A stretch of DNA of 60,204 bases, the filler included. It is 4 parts of 4 records of this genome, joined end to end, with 100 filler letters (N's around TTAATTAATTAA, not from the genome) between each part and the next. Parts side by side here need not be neighbours in the genome. Positions count along the whole stretch, not along the records: positions 42,638 to 55,058 come from SRR31156797_3559; positions 55,159 to 60,204 come from SRR31156797_3561; 2 more parts are not named here. One strand, written 5' to 3'. Positions 51,148-60,204 of the stretch are shown piece after piece; positions within the stretch are counted from its first letter, which is position 1, and the number at the start of each line of letters is the position of its first letter. The notes under the pieces are model-generated. The model was not told the origin of the DNA. It saw only the letters and a program-made list of their open reading frames with translations, and did not search any database. The position numbers and the translations under genes are program-made.

Positions 51148-51885
51148 TTAAAATCCAAAGTGTGCAAACTCTTTAGGCTCTCTTGCTTCAAACTCATAAT
51201 CAAAGATCCGAGTGATCTTACTATGTAAAAGCATACGTTGAACTTGATTTGAAGATTTTCCATACATAAGATCTCCTACGATTGGAAGCCCAGCATGCTG
51301 AAGATGCACCCTAATTTGATGGGTTCTTCCATGTTCGATCACTAGTTTTATTTTTGATCTTCGCCCCTCTACCATATCAGGATATACATATGTTTTAGCT
51401 GGCTTTCCATTGAGCATATCTATTCTACTTTTTGCAGACTTTCCTTTAATAGTTGAGATTGGCACATCGATCACTTGCTCCTCTATCACTTTCCCCTCAA
51501 CTACTGCTGAGTACTCTTTATACACACGGTTATTTTTAAACTCTTTTATGGCTCGCTGTTGAAACTCTTCATTTTTTGCTAACAGCATCACACCACTAGT
51601 CTCACGGTCAAGACGATTGAGTAAAAAAGCTCTTGGATATTGTTCCTCTACCTCAGAAGCATTTAAAAATGCTGGTTTATCTACTACTAAAATATCATCA
51701 TCTTCAAAGATCACTCGCGCAGTTTGAATCTCTTTTATTTTAAACTTCGAACTTTCACTTAACATTCCTCTTGCAATAACTAGTTTCTTTCCATTAACAG
51801 ATACTACACCTTTATCAATTAACTCTTTTGCTTTTCCATTTGATATACCCTCTTGTTGGGCTAATAATTTATATGCTTTTTCCAT
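51148..51885 (-). CDS. RluA family pseudouridine synthase with S4-like N-terminus
   Basis: VDKP, RLDRETSG, GRTHQIRVH, PIVGD..YG, LHS. Confidence 0.93.
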   Translation of the reverse strand: MEKAYKLLAQQEGISNGKAKELIDKGVVSVNGKKLVIARGMLSESSKFKIKEIQTARVIFEDDDILVVDKPAFLNASEVEEQYPRAFLLNRLDRETSGVMLLAKNEEFQQRAIKEFKNNRVYKEYSAVVEGKVIEEQVIDVPISTIKGKSAKSRIDMLNGKPAKTYVYPDMVEGRRSKIKLVIEHGRTHQIRVHLQHAGLPIVGDLMYGKSSNQVQRMLLHSKITRIFDYEFEAREPKEFAHFGF

Positions 51886-51899
51886 ATACTAAAATCCTC

Positions 51900-53072
51900 T
51901 TATTTTATATCTTTTATATAATTTATGATTGGTTCAATATCACCTTGCTTCCCTATATGAGAAGATTGTAACCTATCTATGTTTAAAAGTGTTTCTTTTA
52001 ATTCCTCATTCTCTACTAACTTATAATTTTCCACGCACTCAAAAAGTGACTTTTGATTAAATATAGTTTTTCCACTAATCAGCTTACATCCAAAATATGC
52101 AGGCTCAATTGGATTATGTCCACCAGCTGTTTTTATAAAACCTCCACCCAATATCACCACATCACTTATGGCATAGATATTATTCAACTCTCCCATTACA
52201 TCCACAAGTATTACATCACTTGAAAAATCTTTTTTCTTTGAGTATCTATGAAAACTTATTTCACTTTTTTCATATTTTGATTTGATCAGATTATATACAC
52301 TTTCAAATCGCTCAGGATGCCTTGGAACTATTACGAGTTTTCCCATACTTCTTTCCCAAGCATCTAAGATCAGTTCCTCTTCTCTTTCATGGGTACTTCC
52401 AGCTGTTATCATTACTCCATCAGGCTTGATAAGTTCTTTTGTGATCTTTGGAAGATTTGCAAGCTTTAGGTTTCCTATCACTTCAACATCTTTTGCTCCA
52501 AGTGATTCTAACCTTTGTTTATCAAGTTCACTTTGAGCAAATACTTTATCTATATGCTTAAATATCTGTTTATAAAAAAAGCTAAATTTTTGATAGCTTT
52601 TATTGGATCTATCATTGATCCTTGCATTGATAAGTGCTGTTTTTACCCCTCTTTTTTTAGCAACTAAAAAAAGCATATACCAAAGCTCTGCTTCCATTAC
52701 CAATAAAACTTTTTGTTTTGTGATCCAAAAAGGCAAAAATATTTCAAATGGAAGATACCTTACATTTGAAACTAACTCTTTGGCTTTTGCAAATCCTGTA
52801 TTGGTAATAACTGTAAGATTAATATCATCTTTATCAAACTTTTCTAAAAGAGGTTTTAAAGCAGTAGTTTCCCCTTGTGAACAACTATGAAACCATATTT
52901 TATTTACAGGGAGTTTTGGATTATTTTGTAAAAAAAATTTTGCAGGAATTGCCTCTTTGTATTTTGGTTTTCTTAATTTAAAAAGGAGATAAGGGATAGC
53001 CAAGATATAAAGAAACACAGCTAAAAGATAATATAGATATTGAAACAAAATAATCTCCAAAATCAATTTCAA
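51900..53072 (-). CDS. waaA: Kdo transferase
   Basis: WFHSCSQGE, EAELW, INARI, GSTH..EE, VPRHPERF, GGHNPIEPA; start uncertain. Confidence 0.93.
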   Translation of the reverse strand: MKLILEIILFQYLYYLLAVFLYILAIPYLLFKLRKPKYKEAIPAKFFLQNNPKLPVNKIWFHSCSQGETTALKPLLEKFDKDDINLTVITNTGFAKAKELVSNVRYLPFEIFLPFWITKQKVLLVMEAELWYMLFLVAKKRGVKTALINARINDRSNKSYQKFSFFYKQIFKHIDKVFAQSELDKQRLESLGAKDVEVIGNLKLANLPKITKELIKPDGVMITAGSTHEREEELILDAWERSMGKLVIVPRHPERFESVYNLIKSKYEKSEISFHRYSKKKDFSSDVILVDVMGELNNIYAISDVVILGGGFIKTAGGHNPIEPAYFGCKLISGKTIFNQKSLFECVENYKLVENEELKETLLNIDRLQSSHIGKQGDIEPIINYIKDIK

Positions 53073-53108
53073 AAGAAATTGATTTTTGAATAGTTAAAGA
53101 AGTTTTTC

Positions 53109-53825
53109 TTAGTTCTCTTCTTCAGCAGCTTTATAGATAATTCTTCCACAATGTGGACATGTCATAATTTCATCACTTGTAATAAATTCACTATAGAATC
53201 TATCACTTAATTTCATATGGCATCCATAACATGCTTGTTTTTTAACAGGAACAACAGCACTCTCATTTGCCCATCTTTTGATCTTTTCATAAAAAGCCAA
53301 TACTTTAGAATCAACTTTTGAAACTAAAACAGACTTCTCTTCATAAAGCTCTCCTCGAGATTTTTCTAAGGCTGCAATATTTGTATCAATCACATCTTTA
53401 AGCTCTTTTACTGACTCTTCTTCTTCAACAAGTTTTGCTTTAAGCTCTTCAAGCTCAGCTGTTTTTGTCTCAATTAAGTTATCAAGTCTTGCAATCTCTT
53501 CATTTGCAAAACTCACTTGCTCTTTTGCGATCTCTTCTTCAAGTTGAAGTGCTTTTACTTCTTTTTCTGTTTTTACAACTTTATGTTTTCCAGCAATCTC
53601 TTCAAGCTTATCTGAAAGCTCTTTTAAGTGGATGTCATTTTTGATTCTTTTATTTTTTGTTTCATCAATTAATTGATAAAGTTTTTCAACCTCACCATTT
53701 ATCTCATCTACAACTTGACTAAAAGCTTTAAGTTTTTCTTCCTCATTTTCTATTTGAGGTTCAAACCCAACAATATCTTTATCAAACTGAGATAGTTTTA
53801 CTAACTGTGTTAAATGCTCATTCAA
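53109..53825 (-). CDS. Coiled-coil C4 zinc-ribbon protein (HP0958/CT398-like)
   Basis: Long coiled coil, then CYGC...CPHCGRI; nif3-adjacent context. Confidence 0.9.
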   Translation of the reverse strand: MNEHLTQLVKLSQFDKDIVGFEPQIENEEEKLKAFSQVVDEINGEVEKLYQLIDETKNKRIKNDIHLKELSDKLEEIAGKHKVVKTEKEVKALQLEEEIAKEQVSFANEEIARLDNLIETKTAELEELKAKLVEEEESVKELKDVIDTNIAALEKSRGELYEEKSVLVSKVDSKVLAFYEKIKRWANESAVVPVKKQACYGCHMKLSDRFYSEFITSDEIMTCPHCGRIIYKAAEEEN

Positions 53826-53848
53826 TGTTCATTTCCTCTTTTTTATAC

Positions 53849-54583
53849 TTATTTAAAACTAAACGGATTTTGTGAAGCTGTGATTATAGCTTTTTTTTCA
53901 TTTTTTTGCAAATATTCTTCTAACAACTCAATTACTAGTGTACTAAAATGTATTTCACTCTCATAGTGCATAATATCAATTAATGAAATATTTCTTGTAT
54001 ATGCTTCCATCGCTTCATGATATTTTATATCACCAGTTAAAAAACAATCAGCATCAATATATGGCAATAAACTCATCCCAGCCCCAGTAGTTAAAGCTAT
54101 AGTTTTAATCTCTTTTTTTACTTCTACAACTTTAAGTGTATCCATACCAAGCTTCTTTTTAATAAGCTCAACTAAGTCATCAAAACTCATATCCACATTT
54201 GCTATTTGAACAAAATCATCTTTTGTCTCAAAAGGAAGCCCTAATATTTTTGTTCCCACATAATGATTGAGATGAGTTTTATCAATATTGGTATGAAGTG
54301 AGATTAAAACAATATCTTTTTTAATAAGCTCTTTTACGATCATTGAACTATAATCACTATAGTTAATCGTTTTTAATGGTTTAAAGATCAAAGGATGATG
54401 AGTAATAATTAGACTGTTACTTTGAATATCTTTGATCATTTCAAGATCAAGATCCAAAGAGATATAGATATTTTCAAACTCGTCATCCATATTTCCCACA
54501 ATCAATCCAGAATTATCCCATTTTTCTTGCAACTCAAATGGACTAATTGAGTCTAATTGTTGGTAAATATCTCTTACTTTCAA
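53849..54583 (-). CDS. Nif3-like dinuclear metal protein
   Basis: WDNSGL, THHPLIF, HTNID, TGDIKYH, H.ESE. Confidence 0.93.
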   Translation of the reverse strand: MKVRDIYQQLDSISPFELQEKWDNSGLIVGNMDDEFENIYISLDLDLEMIKDIQSNSLIITHHPLIFKPLKTINYSDYSSMIVKELIKKDIVLISLHTNIDKTHLNHYVGTKILGLPFETKDDFVQIANVDMSFDDLVELIKKKLGMDTLKVVEVKKEIKTIALTTGAGMSLLPYIDADCFLTGDIKYHEAMEAYTRNISLIDIMHYESEIHFSTLVIELLEEYLQKNEKKAIITASQNPFSFK

Positions 54584-55058
54584 TTAATATCCTAATCTTT
54601 TAAGTCGCTCAGGCTCTTGTTCTTTATACATAGTTGCACATCCTAAAGAGAGTTCTCTTACTTTTAAAATATAGTTTTGTCTACTAGTTACACTAATTGC
54701 TTTTCTAGCATCTAGTGTATTAAAAGCATGAGATGCTACCATACATTGATCATATGCAGGAAGTGGAAGACCAGCTTCTAAACATCTCTTACACTCATTA
54801 AAAGCATCATCAAAGTGTTTAAAAAGCATCTCAGTATTTGCTACTTCAAAGTTATACTTACTAAACTCTATCTCACCTTCTAGATGGATATCTTTATAAG
54901 TGGTTTTCCCATACTCATTTTCATTCCAAACGATATCAAAAACCGTATCAACCCCTTGTAGATACATAGCAAGTCTCTCTGTACCATAAGTGATCTCAAC
55001 AGCAACTGGGTCACATGCTAGACCTCCAACTTGTTGGAAATAAGTAAACTGTGTTACT
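54584..55058 (-). CDS. glyQ: Glycine-tRNA ligase alpha subunit, C-terminal part
   Basis: [41 protein letters not shown]. Confidence 0.96.
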
Positions 55059-55158
55059 NNNNNNNNNNNNNNNNNNNNNNNNNNNNNNNNNNNNNNNNNN
55101 NNTTAATTAATTAANNNNNNNNNNNNNNNNNNNNNNNNNNNNNNNNNNNNNNNNNNNN
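55059..55158. other. Artificial contig linker
   Basis: N44-TTAATTAATTAA-N44. Confidence 0.99.
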
Positions 55159-55159
55159 C

Positions 55160-55291
55160 AAAACCAATTTAAGCTGGTGGATATTCGCGCTGGCAGGAGT
55201 GTTGGCATTGGGCATTGCGTTGTTAACGGTGAGTTGGCAAAGTTGGAAGGCAGCCACGCGAAATCCTGTTGAGGCACTCCGATATGAATAA
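55160..55291 (+). CDS. C-terminal end of a MacB/FtsX-type ABC permease (truncated by contig start)
   Basis: KTNLSWWIFALAGVLALGIALLTVSWQSWKAATRNPVEALRYE*. Confidence 0.9.
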   Translation, partial: KTNLSWWIFALAGVLALGIALLTVSWQSWKAATRNPVEALRYE

Positions 55292-55297
55292 TATTTT

Positions 55298-55430
55298 ACC
55301 CCAAACCCCTTAAGGGGCTTAAAAAGGTTAGCCGATAATTGAAGAGTTATGATTAGAAAAGAAAAAATAAAAGAAATGAACGCCATTTCAACCGGAGATA
55401 CATAAAGTCCCCTTTAGGGGATATAGGGGT
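55298..55430. repeat. REP/MITE-like element with palindromic, mutually inverted ends
   Basis: ACCCCAAACCCCTTAAGGGGCTT (55298-55320) and AAGTCCCCTTTAGGGGATATAGGGGT (55405-55430; reverse complement ACCCCTATATCCCCTAAAGGGGACTT). Confidence 0.65.
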
Positions 55431-55438
55431 GGCAAAAT

Positions 55439-55498
55439 AGCTGGCGAAGTAGGCGGGCTGCTACACGAAATCTCGTGGAAGCCTTGAGGTATGAATAA
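55439..55498 (+). pseudogene. Orphan remnant of a permease 3' end
   Basis: Translates SWRSRRAATRNLVEALRYE*, versus SWQSWKAATRNPVEALRYE* in the neighbours; no upstream permease sequence. Confidence 0.85.
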
Positions 55499-55600
55499 AA
55501 GCAAGTCCAAAAGGGACGGAGTTATGGTAGAAAATGGTATTGAGAATATAGATAAAATCGCAGGGCGTAGCAGTTAGAAAATTGTAAAAACAAAATAAAA

Positions 55601-58021
55601 ATGAAAAGATTACTTAAGCCAATTTACCGGAATTTGAAGAAGAATAAGGTTTTTACAGCAATTAATATTGTAGGGCTAAGTATTGGAATTAGTGTGTTTT
55701 TTATACTTACCCTGTATTTTGTGTATGAAAACAGTTACGATAAAAATATAGCAAATGCCGATAATACCTATAGAATTCAGCTTAAATTACAAAAGAACAA
55801 TCAAACCCTTTTTAATAAAGCAACTTCGACCTATAATATTGGTTCATTGGTGAAAGAAAATATTCCGGAAGTGGAAGACTATGCTCGAGGCGCATTTAAT
55901 AAATGTATGGTATATCATGAAGACACTTATTTAAATTCAGTGGAATTATTTTGGGCCGATTCAAATTTTTTAGACATAATAAAATTGGAAATGCTGCAAG
56001 GAAATAGTAAAAATGCCCTTTCGGTACCCTATACAGCCGTATTGTCGGAAGAATTAGCAAAACAATATTTTGGAGATTCAGACCCTATAAATAAAATTAT
56101 TCATGTAAACGAAAGACTACCCTTTCGAATTACAGGAATATTTAAAGGCCTACCACAAAATAGTCATTTAAACTTTAAGATGCTGTTGTCGCTATCAACC
56201 GGAAATGTTTTAGCACCAGGTTGGGGGTCAGACAATAGAAGCTGGGGCGGCTATGAATGGATTTACACCTACGTTAACCTTGTACCCGGAGCCGATCCAA
56301 AATTAGTAGAAAATAAAATTGCTGAATTGGTTAATAATAGTACCCCTGATAAATTGGTAGCTGAAAATTTACAATTTGAATTCAAACTTCAAAAAATTTC
56401 CGAAATCCATTTGAATTCAAAGCTTGAAAATGAAGTTAAACCTAACGGATCGAAGCAAAATGCATATATATATTTGCTTTTAGGCATTATAACCATAATA
56501 ATCGCCTTGATAAATTTTGTGAATTTATCCATTGCCAATGTTTATGAAAAAGTAAAAGAAGCGGGTTTACGAAAGGTAATTGGTGCCACCCGAAAGCATT
56601 TGATAATCGGCTGCATTACTGAGGCTTTTATCGTGAATTTATTAAGTACTGGTCTGGCAATTATTATAGTTACCATTTTTATTCCCTATTTTTCATCGCT
56701 AAGTGATAGTTCTTTAGCGTTATTCCTGCAAAATAGTAGTACTTATTACCTGGGTTTTCTTATCGTGCTACTGGTTGGCACAATTGTTTCTGGTATTTAT
56801 CCGGGTATTTTAATGGCCTCGTTTAAACCGGAAAAAGCAATTCGATCAAATTATACCAATGGTAAATCGGGAGTAGCTTTTAGAGATATTCTAGTAGTTT
56901 TTCAACTATCAGCATCAATCTGTTTAATTATTACAGTTGGTACAATATTTAAGCAAATGCAATATATTGGTAATAAAGATTTAGGCTATAAGGCTAACTC
57001 CGTTTTGGTTTATGATGCCCCCAGTGTATTAAATGATAGTCCAGAAAAATTTAAAAAATATAAGCACTTTAAAGAGACTGTAAAACAAATCAGTTCAGTA
57101 AAAAATGTTGCCAGTACAAGTTTTAGTATGGGAACAGAGCTTATTGATAACCGAATACTAAATCGTGTTAATAATAAAAAAATTGAAGATGTAAATTTTA
57201 AAAGAAATTATATTGATGAAGACTATTTAGATGTTTTAAATATTAAACTGCTGGCTGGGAGTAATCTAACCTCCTCGGATTATAGAAATCATAATCGAAT
57301 ACTAATCAACGAAAGTGCCTGTAAATTATTAGGCTTTAATAGTCCTAAAAATGCGGTTGGCGCCTTTGTGTCGAATAATGGTAAGTATCCTTCAGAAATA
57401 ATTGGTGTTATGGCCGATTTTCATCAAGAAAGCTTAAAAACTCCGGTTAGGCCTATGTTTTGTGTAAATGATCACCCACAAGACTTTGGTAGATACTTAA
57501 TTTCCATAAATAGCCACAACTTTAAGAAAACCATAAAGCAAATTAATACCGCTTGGGATAATAATTATGTTGATGCTCCCAAAGTATATTCCTTTATGGA
57601 TGACCAATTACAACAACTATATTTATCGGAATTGCGCTTTGGTACATTGCTGATTATTTTTACTTGTATTACTGTCTTTCTGGCCTGTCTGGGCCTGTTG
57701 GGATTAGTTTTGATTGTTACCCGAAAAAGCATTAAAGCTATTGGGGTACGAAAAGTAAACGGGGCCTCCATTACTGAAATTATTGCATTTTTAAATGCCG
57801 ATTATATAAAGCAAGTAATAATTGCCCTATTAATAGCGATACCAATTTCAGCATATTTCATGACACAATGGTTAAATACTTTTGCTTATCATACTCTATT
57901 AAGTTGGTGGATATTTGCCTTTGCAGGAATATTAATTCTTGGCATTACCTTACTTACAGTTAGTTGGCAGAGCTGGAAGGCGGCGACTCGCAATCCTGTG
58001 GAAGCACTTCGTTACGAATAA
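55601..58021 (+). CDS. MacB/FtsX-type ABC transporter permease (duplicated, about 800 aa)
   Basis: INIVGLSIG, INFVNL..KEAGLRKVIGA, SGIYP, LVVFQ, DFHQESL, LACLGLLG, IGVRKVNGA, NPVEALRYE. Confidence 0.95.
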   Translation: MKRLLKPIYRNLKKNKVFTAINIVGLSIGISVFFILTLYFVYENSYDKNIANADNTYRIQLKLQKNNQTLFNKATSTYNIGSLVKENIPEVEDYARGAFNKCMVYHEDTYLNSVELFWADSNFLDIIKLEMLQGNSKNALSVPYTAVLSEELAKQYFGDSDPINKIIHVNERLPFRITGIFKGLPQNSHLNFKMLLSLSTGNVLAPGWGSDNRSWGGYEWIYTYVNLVPGADPKLVENKIAELVNNSTPDKLVAENLQFEFKLQKISEIHLNSKLENEVKPNGSKQNAYIYLLLGIITIIIALINFVNLSIANVYEKVKEAGLRKVIGATRKHLIIGCITEAFIVNLLSTGLAIIIVTIFIPYFSSLSDSSLALFLQNSSTYYLGFLIVLLVGTIVSGIYPGILMASFKPEKAIRSNYTNGKSGVAFRDILVVFQLSASICLIITVGTIFKQMQYIGNKDLGYKANSVLVYDAPSVLNDSPEKFKKYKHFKETVKQISSVKNVASTSFSMGTELIDNRILNRVNNKKIEDVNFKRNYIDEDYLDVLNIKLLAGSNLTSSDYRNHNRILINESACKLLGFNSPKNAVGAFVSNNGKYPSEIIGVMADFHQESLKTPVRPMFCVNDHPQDFGRYLISINSHNFKKTIKQINTAWDNNYVDAPKVYSFMDDQLQQLYLSELRFGTLLIIFTCITVFLACLGLLGLVLIVTRKSIKAIGVRKVNGASITEIIAFLNADYIKQVIIALLIAIPISAYFMTQWLNTFAYHTLLSWWIFAFAGILILGITLLTVSWQSWKAATRNPVEALRYE

Positions 58022-58035
58022 CACAAAATATATTT

Positions 58036-60204
58036 ATGAAAACATTTAATAACATAAGACTAATAGTACGAAGTTTGTCCAAAAACAAAACGGTTACTTC
58101 CTTAAACATTTTTGGTTTAACCGTGGGCTTAACCGTTAGTTTGCTCATTTTTATTTTTGTTATTAACCAAAAAAGTATCGATGGATTTCTTCCCGGAATC
58201 GATAACATTTACAGCTTAACCAACAACGGTGACATTTATTTTTCGCAAAACCAAATTAACCTGATTAAAAACCAGGTGCCGGATATGGACAAACTGACCT
58301 ACTGTTCGGAAGATTGGTCGCCACAAGTTTTCCTTAAAGAGGGTGAACACTCTTTTAAAACCGAAAAAATGTTTACCGCCGACTCGTGCTTTTTCCGCGT
58401 GTTTGCATTCGATGCCGTTTATGGAAATTTGACAGACGCGCTTGATGCCAAAAACAAGGTTGTTCTTACCCGTTCTTTATCGGAAAAGATTTTTGGAAAC
58501 GAAAACCCGGTAGGAAAAACGCTTACGTATAACTCCACTTATTTGCAAGGCGAACTGCTTGAAGTTACAGCCGTAATTGAAGATTTACCATCCAACTCGT
58601 CCTGGGATTTTGAGGCCATTCTTTCGTTTCAAACCAATTATAATATCGATTGGTATGTAGGAAATATGAAACACTGGGGTACCTGTAATTACATGGCTTT
58701 TGTTCGAGTAAACGAAAATACAAGCAAGGAACAGCTTGTGGCCAAAATGCAAAATATTTCCATGGAGAACGTGCCGGAATGGGTAGCAAAAAACTTTAAA
58801 CCCGGGCTTTTCCCTTTTTCCGAAGTTTATTTTGATTTGCCACAAGTGAGTTTGGTGAAACATGGTAATCGCCTAACCGTTTCCATTATTGGTATTACCG
58901 GAATTCTGGTTTTGTTATTGGCTTGTGTTAACTATGTAAACATGGTAACCGCCCAACGCGAAAAGCGCAACAAGAACATTGGGATTATTAAAATTTTAGG
59001 TGGTAACAGGCGTAAAATCATTCAAATGATTACCGCCGAATCCTTAATTCAGGTTCTTTTTTCGGGTATCGCGTCTATTTTTCTTATTTGGATACTTATG
59101 CCTGTGTTTAACAATTTAACCGCTATAAACATCAATAGTTCAGAAATTTTTAAGCCTGTTCATTTTGTTGCAGTAGCTGCTGTTTTTGTGGTAATGATTG
59201 CCGTTACCGGATGGTTTCCGGGAGTAGTTTTTAGCAAAAAAATACCGCTTCATTTAATGAAAAAACAAGGCAGTTCGGGTACGAAAAATACTTCACGAAA
59301 TGGCTTGTTGGTATTTCAATTTGCAGTAACCATTGCCTTAATTGCCTCAATTCTATTGGTGAATAAACAAACCTCTTACCTCAAAAATCAGGGTTTGGGT
59401 TTTAACAAGCAGCACATAGTTTATGCCTATACCAACGAAACACTGGAGAAAAAAGCGGAGGCCTTTAAAAACGAATTGCGAAGCATTGCCGGAGTGGCCG
59501 ATTTTAGCTACTCGGAGAGTGTGCTGGTAGAAAACGACCAAAACTGGGGACGCGATATTGTAAATAAAGGAAAACGAGAGAACATCCATTTCTCGAAACT
59601 TTCGGTGGCTCCAAATTTTTTCGAGTTTTTTGGCATTCAACTGAAAGAAGGCAGGTTTTTTAACGAATTATCGAAGAAAAAACAAGAGTTTATATTTAAC
59701 ACTACAGCCCAAAAGCAGTTTAATATCGATAATCTTGAAGAGGTGAAGATGGCCACAGAGAAACCGGAAAACGGTAAAATTGCAGGGATTATTGAAGACT
59801 ATAATTTTGAATCACTGCATGTTCCCATTCGTGCAGCTGGTTTTATGTGCTCGTCGGATTTTGATGAAGTGATTTACTTAAAACTAAATGCTGTAAATGC
59901 TAAGGATGTGAAAGAGACCATGCAGGAAGTGGAGCTGGCCTGGAATAATCTTTCGCCCGATTTCCCGATGGAATATGAATTTTTGGATGAAAAGCTGGAA
60001 ACCAGTTATGCCAAAGATCAACAGTTTCAGAAGATAATCTCGTACACCACACTTGTTTCCATTTTGCTGTCGTGTTTGGGATTAATTGGTTTAACCTTTT
60101 TTGTAATGGAGCAGCGAATAAAAGAAATTGGCATTCGCAAAGTAAATGGCGCAAAAGTATCAGAAATACTTGCTATGCTAAATAAAGACTTTATAAAATG
60201 GGTA
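58036..60204 (+). CDS. MacB/FtsX-type ABC transporter permease (runs off the window end)
   Basis: Translated by hand, absent from the ORF track: MKTFNNIRLIVRSL..LNIFGLTVG..ACVNYVN..LVFQF..LSCLGLIG..KEIGIRKVNGA..NKDFIKWV. Confidence 0.93.
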   Translation, partial: MKTFNNIRLIVRSLSKNKTVTSLNIFGLTVGLTVSLLIFIFVINQKSIDGFLPGIDNIYSLTNNGDIYFSQNQINLIKNQVPDMDKLTYCSEDWSPQVFLKEGEHSFKTEKMFTADSCFFRVFAFDAVYGNLTDALDAKNKVVLTRSLSEKIFGNENPVGKTLTYNSTYLQGELLEVTAVIEDLPSNSSWDFEAILSFQTNYNIDWYVGNMKHWGTCNYMAFVRVNENTSKEQLVAKMQNISMENVPEWVAKNFKPGLFPFSEVYFDLPQVSLVKHGNRLTVSIIGITGILVLLLACVNYVNMVTAQREKRNKNIGIIKILGGNRRKIIQMITAESLIQVLFSGIASIFLIWILMPVFNNLTAININSSEIFKPVHFVAVAAVFVVMIAVTGWFPGVVFSKKIPLHLMKKQGSSGTKNTSRNGLLVFQFAVTIALIASILLVNKQTSYLKNQGLGFNKQHIVYAYTNETLEKKAEAFKNELRSIAGVADFSYSESVLVENDQNWGRDIVNKGKRENIHFSKLSVAPNFFEFFGIQLKEGRFFNELSKKKQEFIFNTTAQKQFNIDNLEEVKMATEKPENGKIAGIIEDYNFESLHVPIRAAGFMCSSDFDEVIYLKLNAVNAKDVKETMQEVELAWNNLSPDFPMEYEFLDEKLETSYAKDQQFQKIISYTTLVSILLSCLGLIGLTFFVMEQRIKEIGIRKVNGAKVSEILAMLNKDFIKWV

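Noticed and set aside
51148-51885. NRLD instead of HRLD in the pseudouridine synthase
   Set aside because: The catalytic Asp and the other motifs are intact; minor variant
58565-60154. Minus-strand short ORFs in contig 4
   Set aside because: Antisense to the open permease frame starting at 58036

Overview
This window is not one locus. It is four unrelated contigs joined by artificial 100-nt linkers (N44-TTAATTAATTAA-N44) at 20966-21065, 42538-42637 and 55059-55158. Taxonomic calls below are inferred from gene content and composition. (1) 1-20965, AT-rich and Clostridia-like: pyrG (truncated), two orphan solute-binding lipoproteins, an hslO-TPR-hypothetical-HD operon, a PrsA-like foldase, PadR plus a membrane protein, a methyltransferase, VanW, a complete rnfCDGEAB operon, a glycosyltransferase and the start of an SPFH gene. 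(2) 21066-42537, Desulfovibrionaceae-like: atpD/atpC, waaF, YgjP/TudS, MFS, cheD, a signal-peptide-bearing acetolactate decarboxylase, pstB-phoU behind a four-repeat Pho box, HxlR/nitroreductase/flavoprotein, signalling genes and a hydantoinase-A/HDAC pair. (3) 42638-55058, Campylobacterota-like: glyQ, nif3, zinc-ribbon protein, waaA, pseudouridine synthase, rmuC and hipBA, plus a non-canonical AI-2 (lsr-like) cluster. (4) 55159-60204, Bacteroidota-like: a tandem array of MacB/FtsX ABC permeases with an orphan C-terminal remnant and REP-like repeats. The best candidate for an undescribed system is the contig-3 cluster: class II aldolase, TRIC/YadS membrane protein, lsrK, PAS-GGDEF-EAL and an LsrG-like ABM protein, with no lsrF, lsrR or lsrACDB in the cluster. 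Next are the hydantoinase-A + HDAC pair and the permease array. All family calls come from motif recognition; no database search was run.
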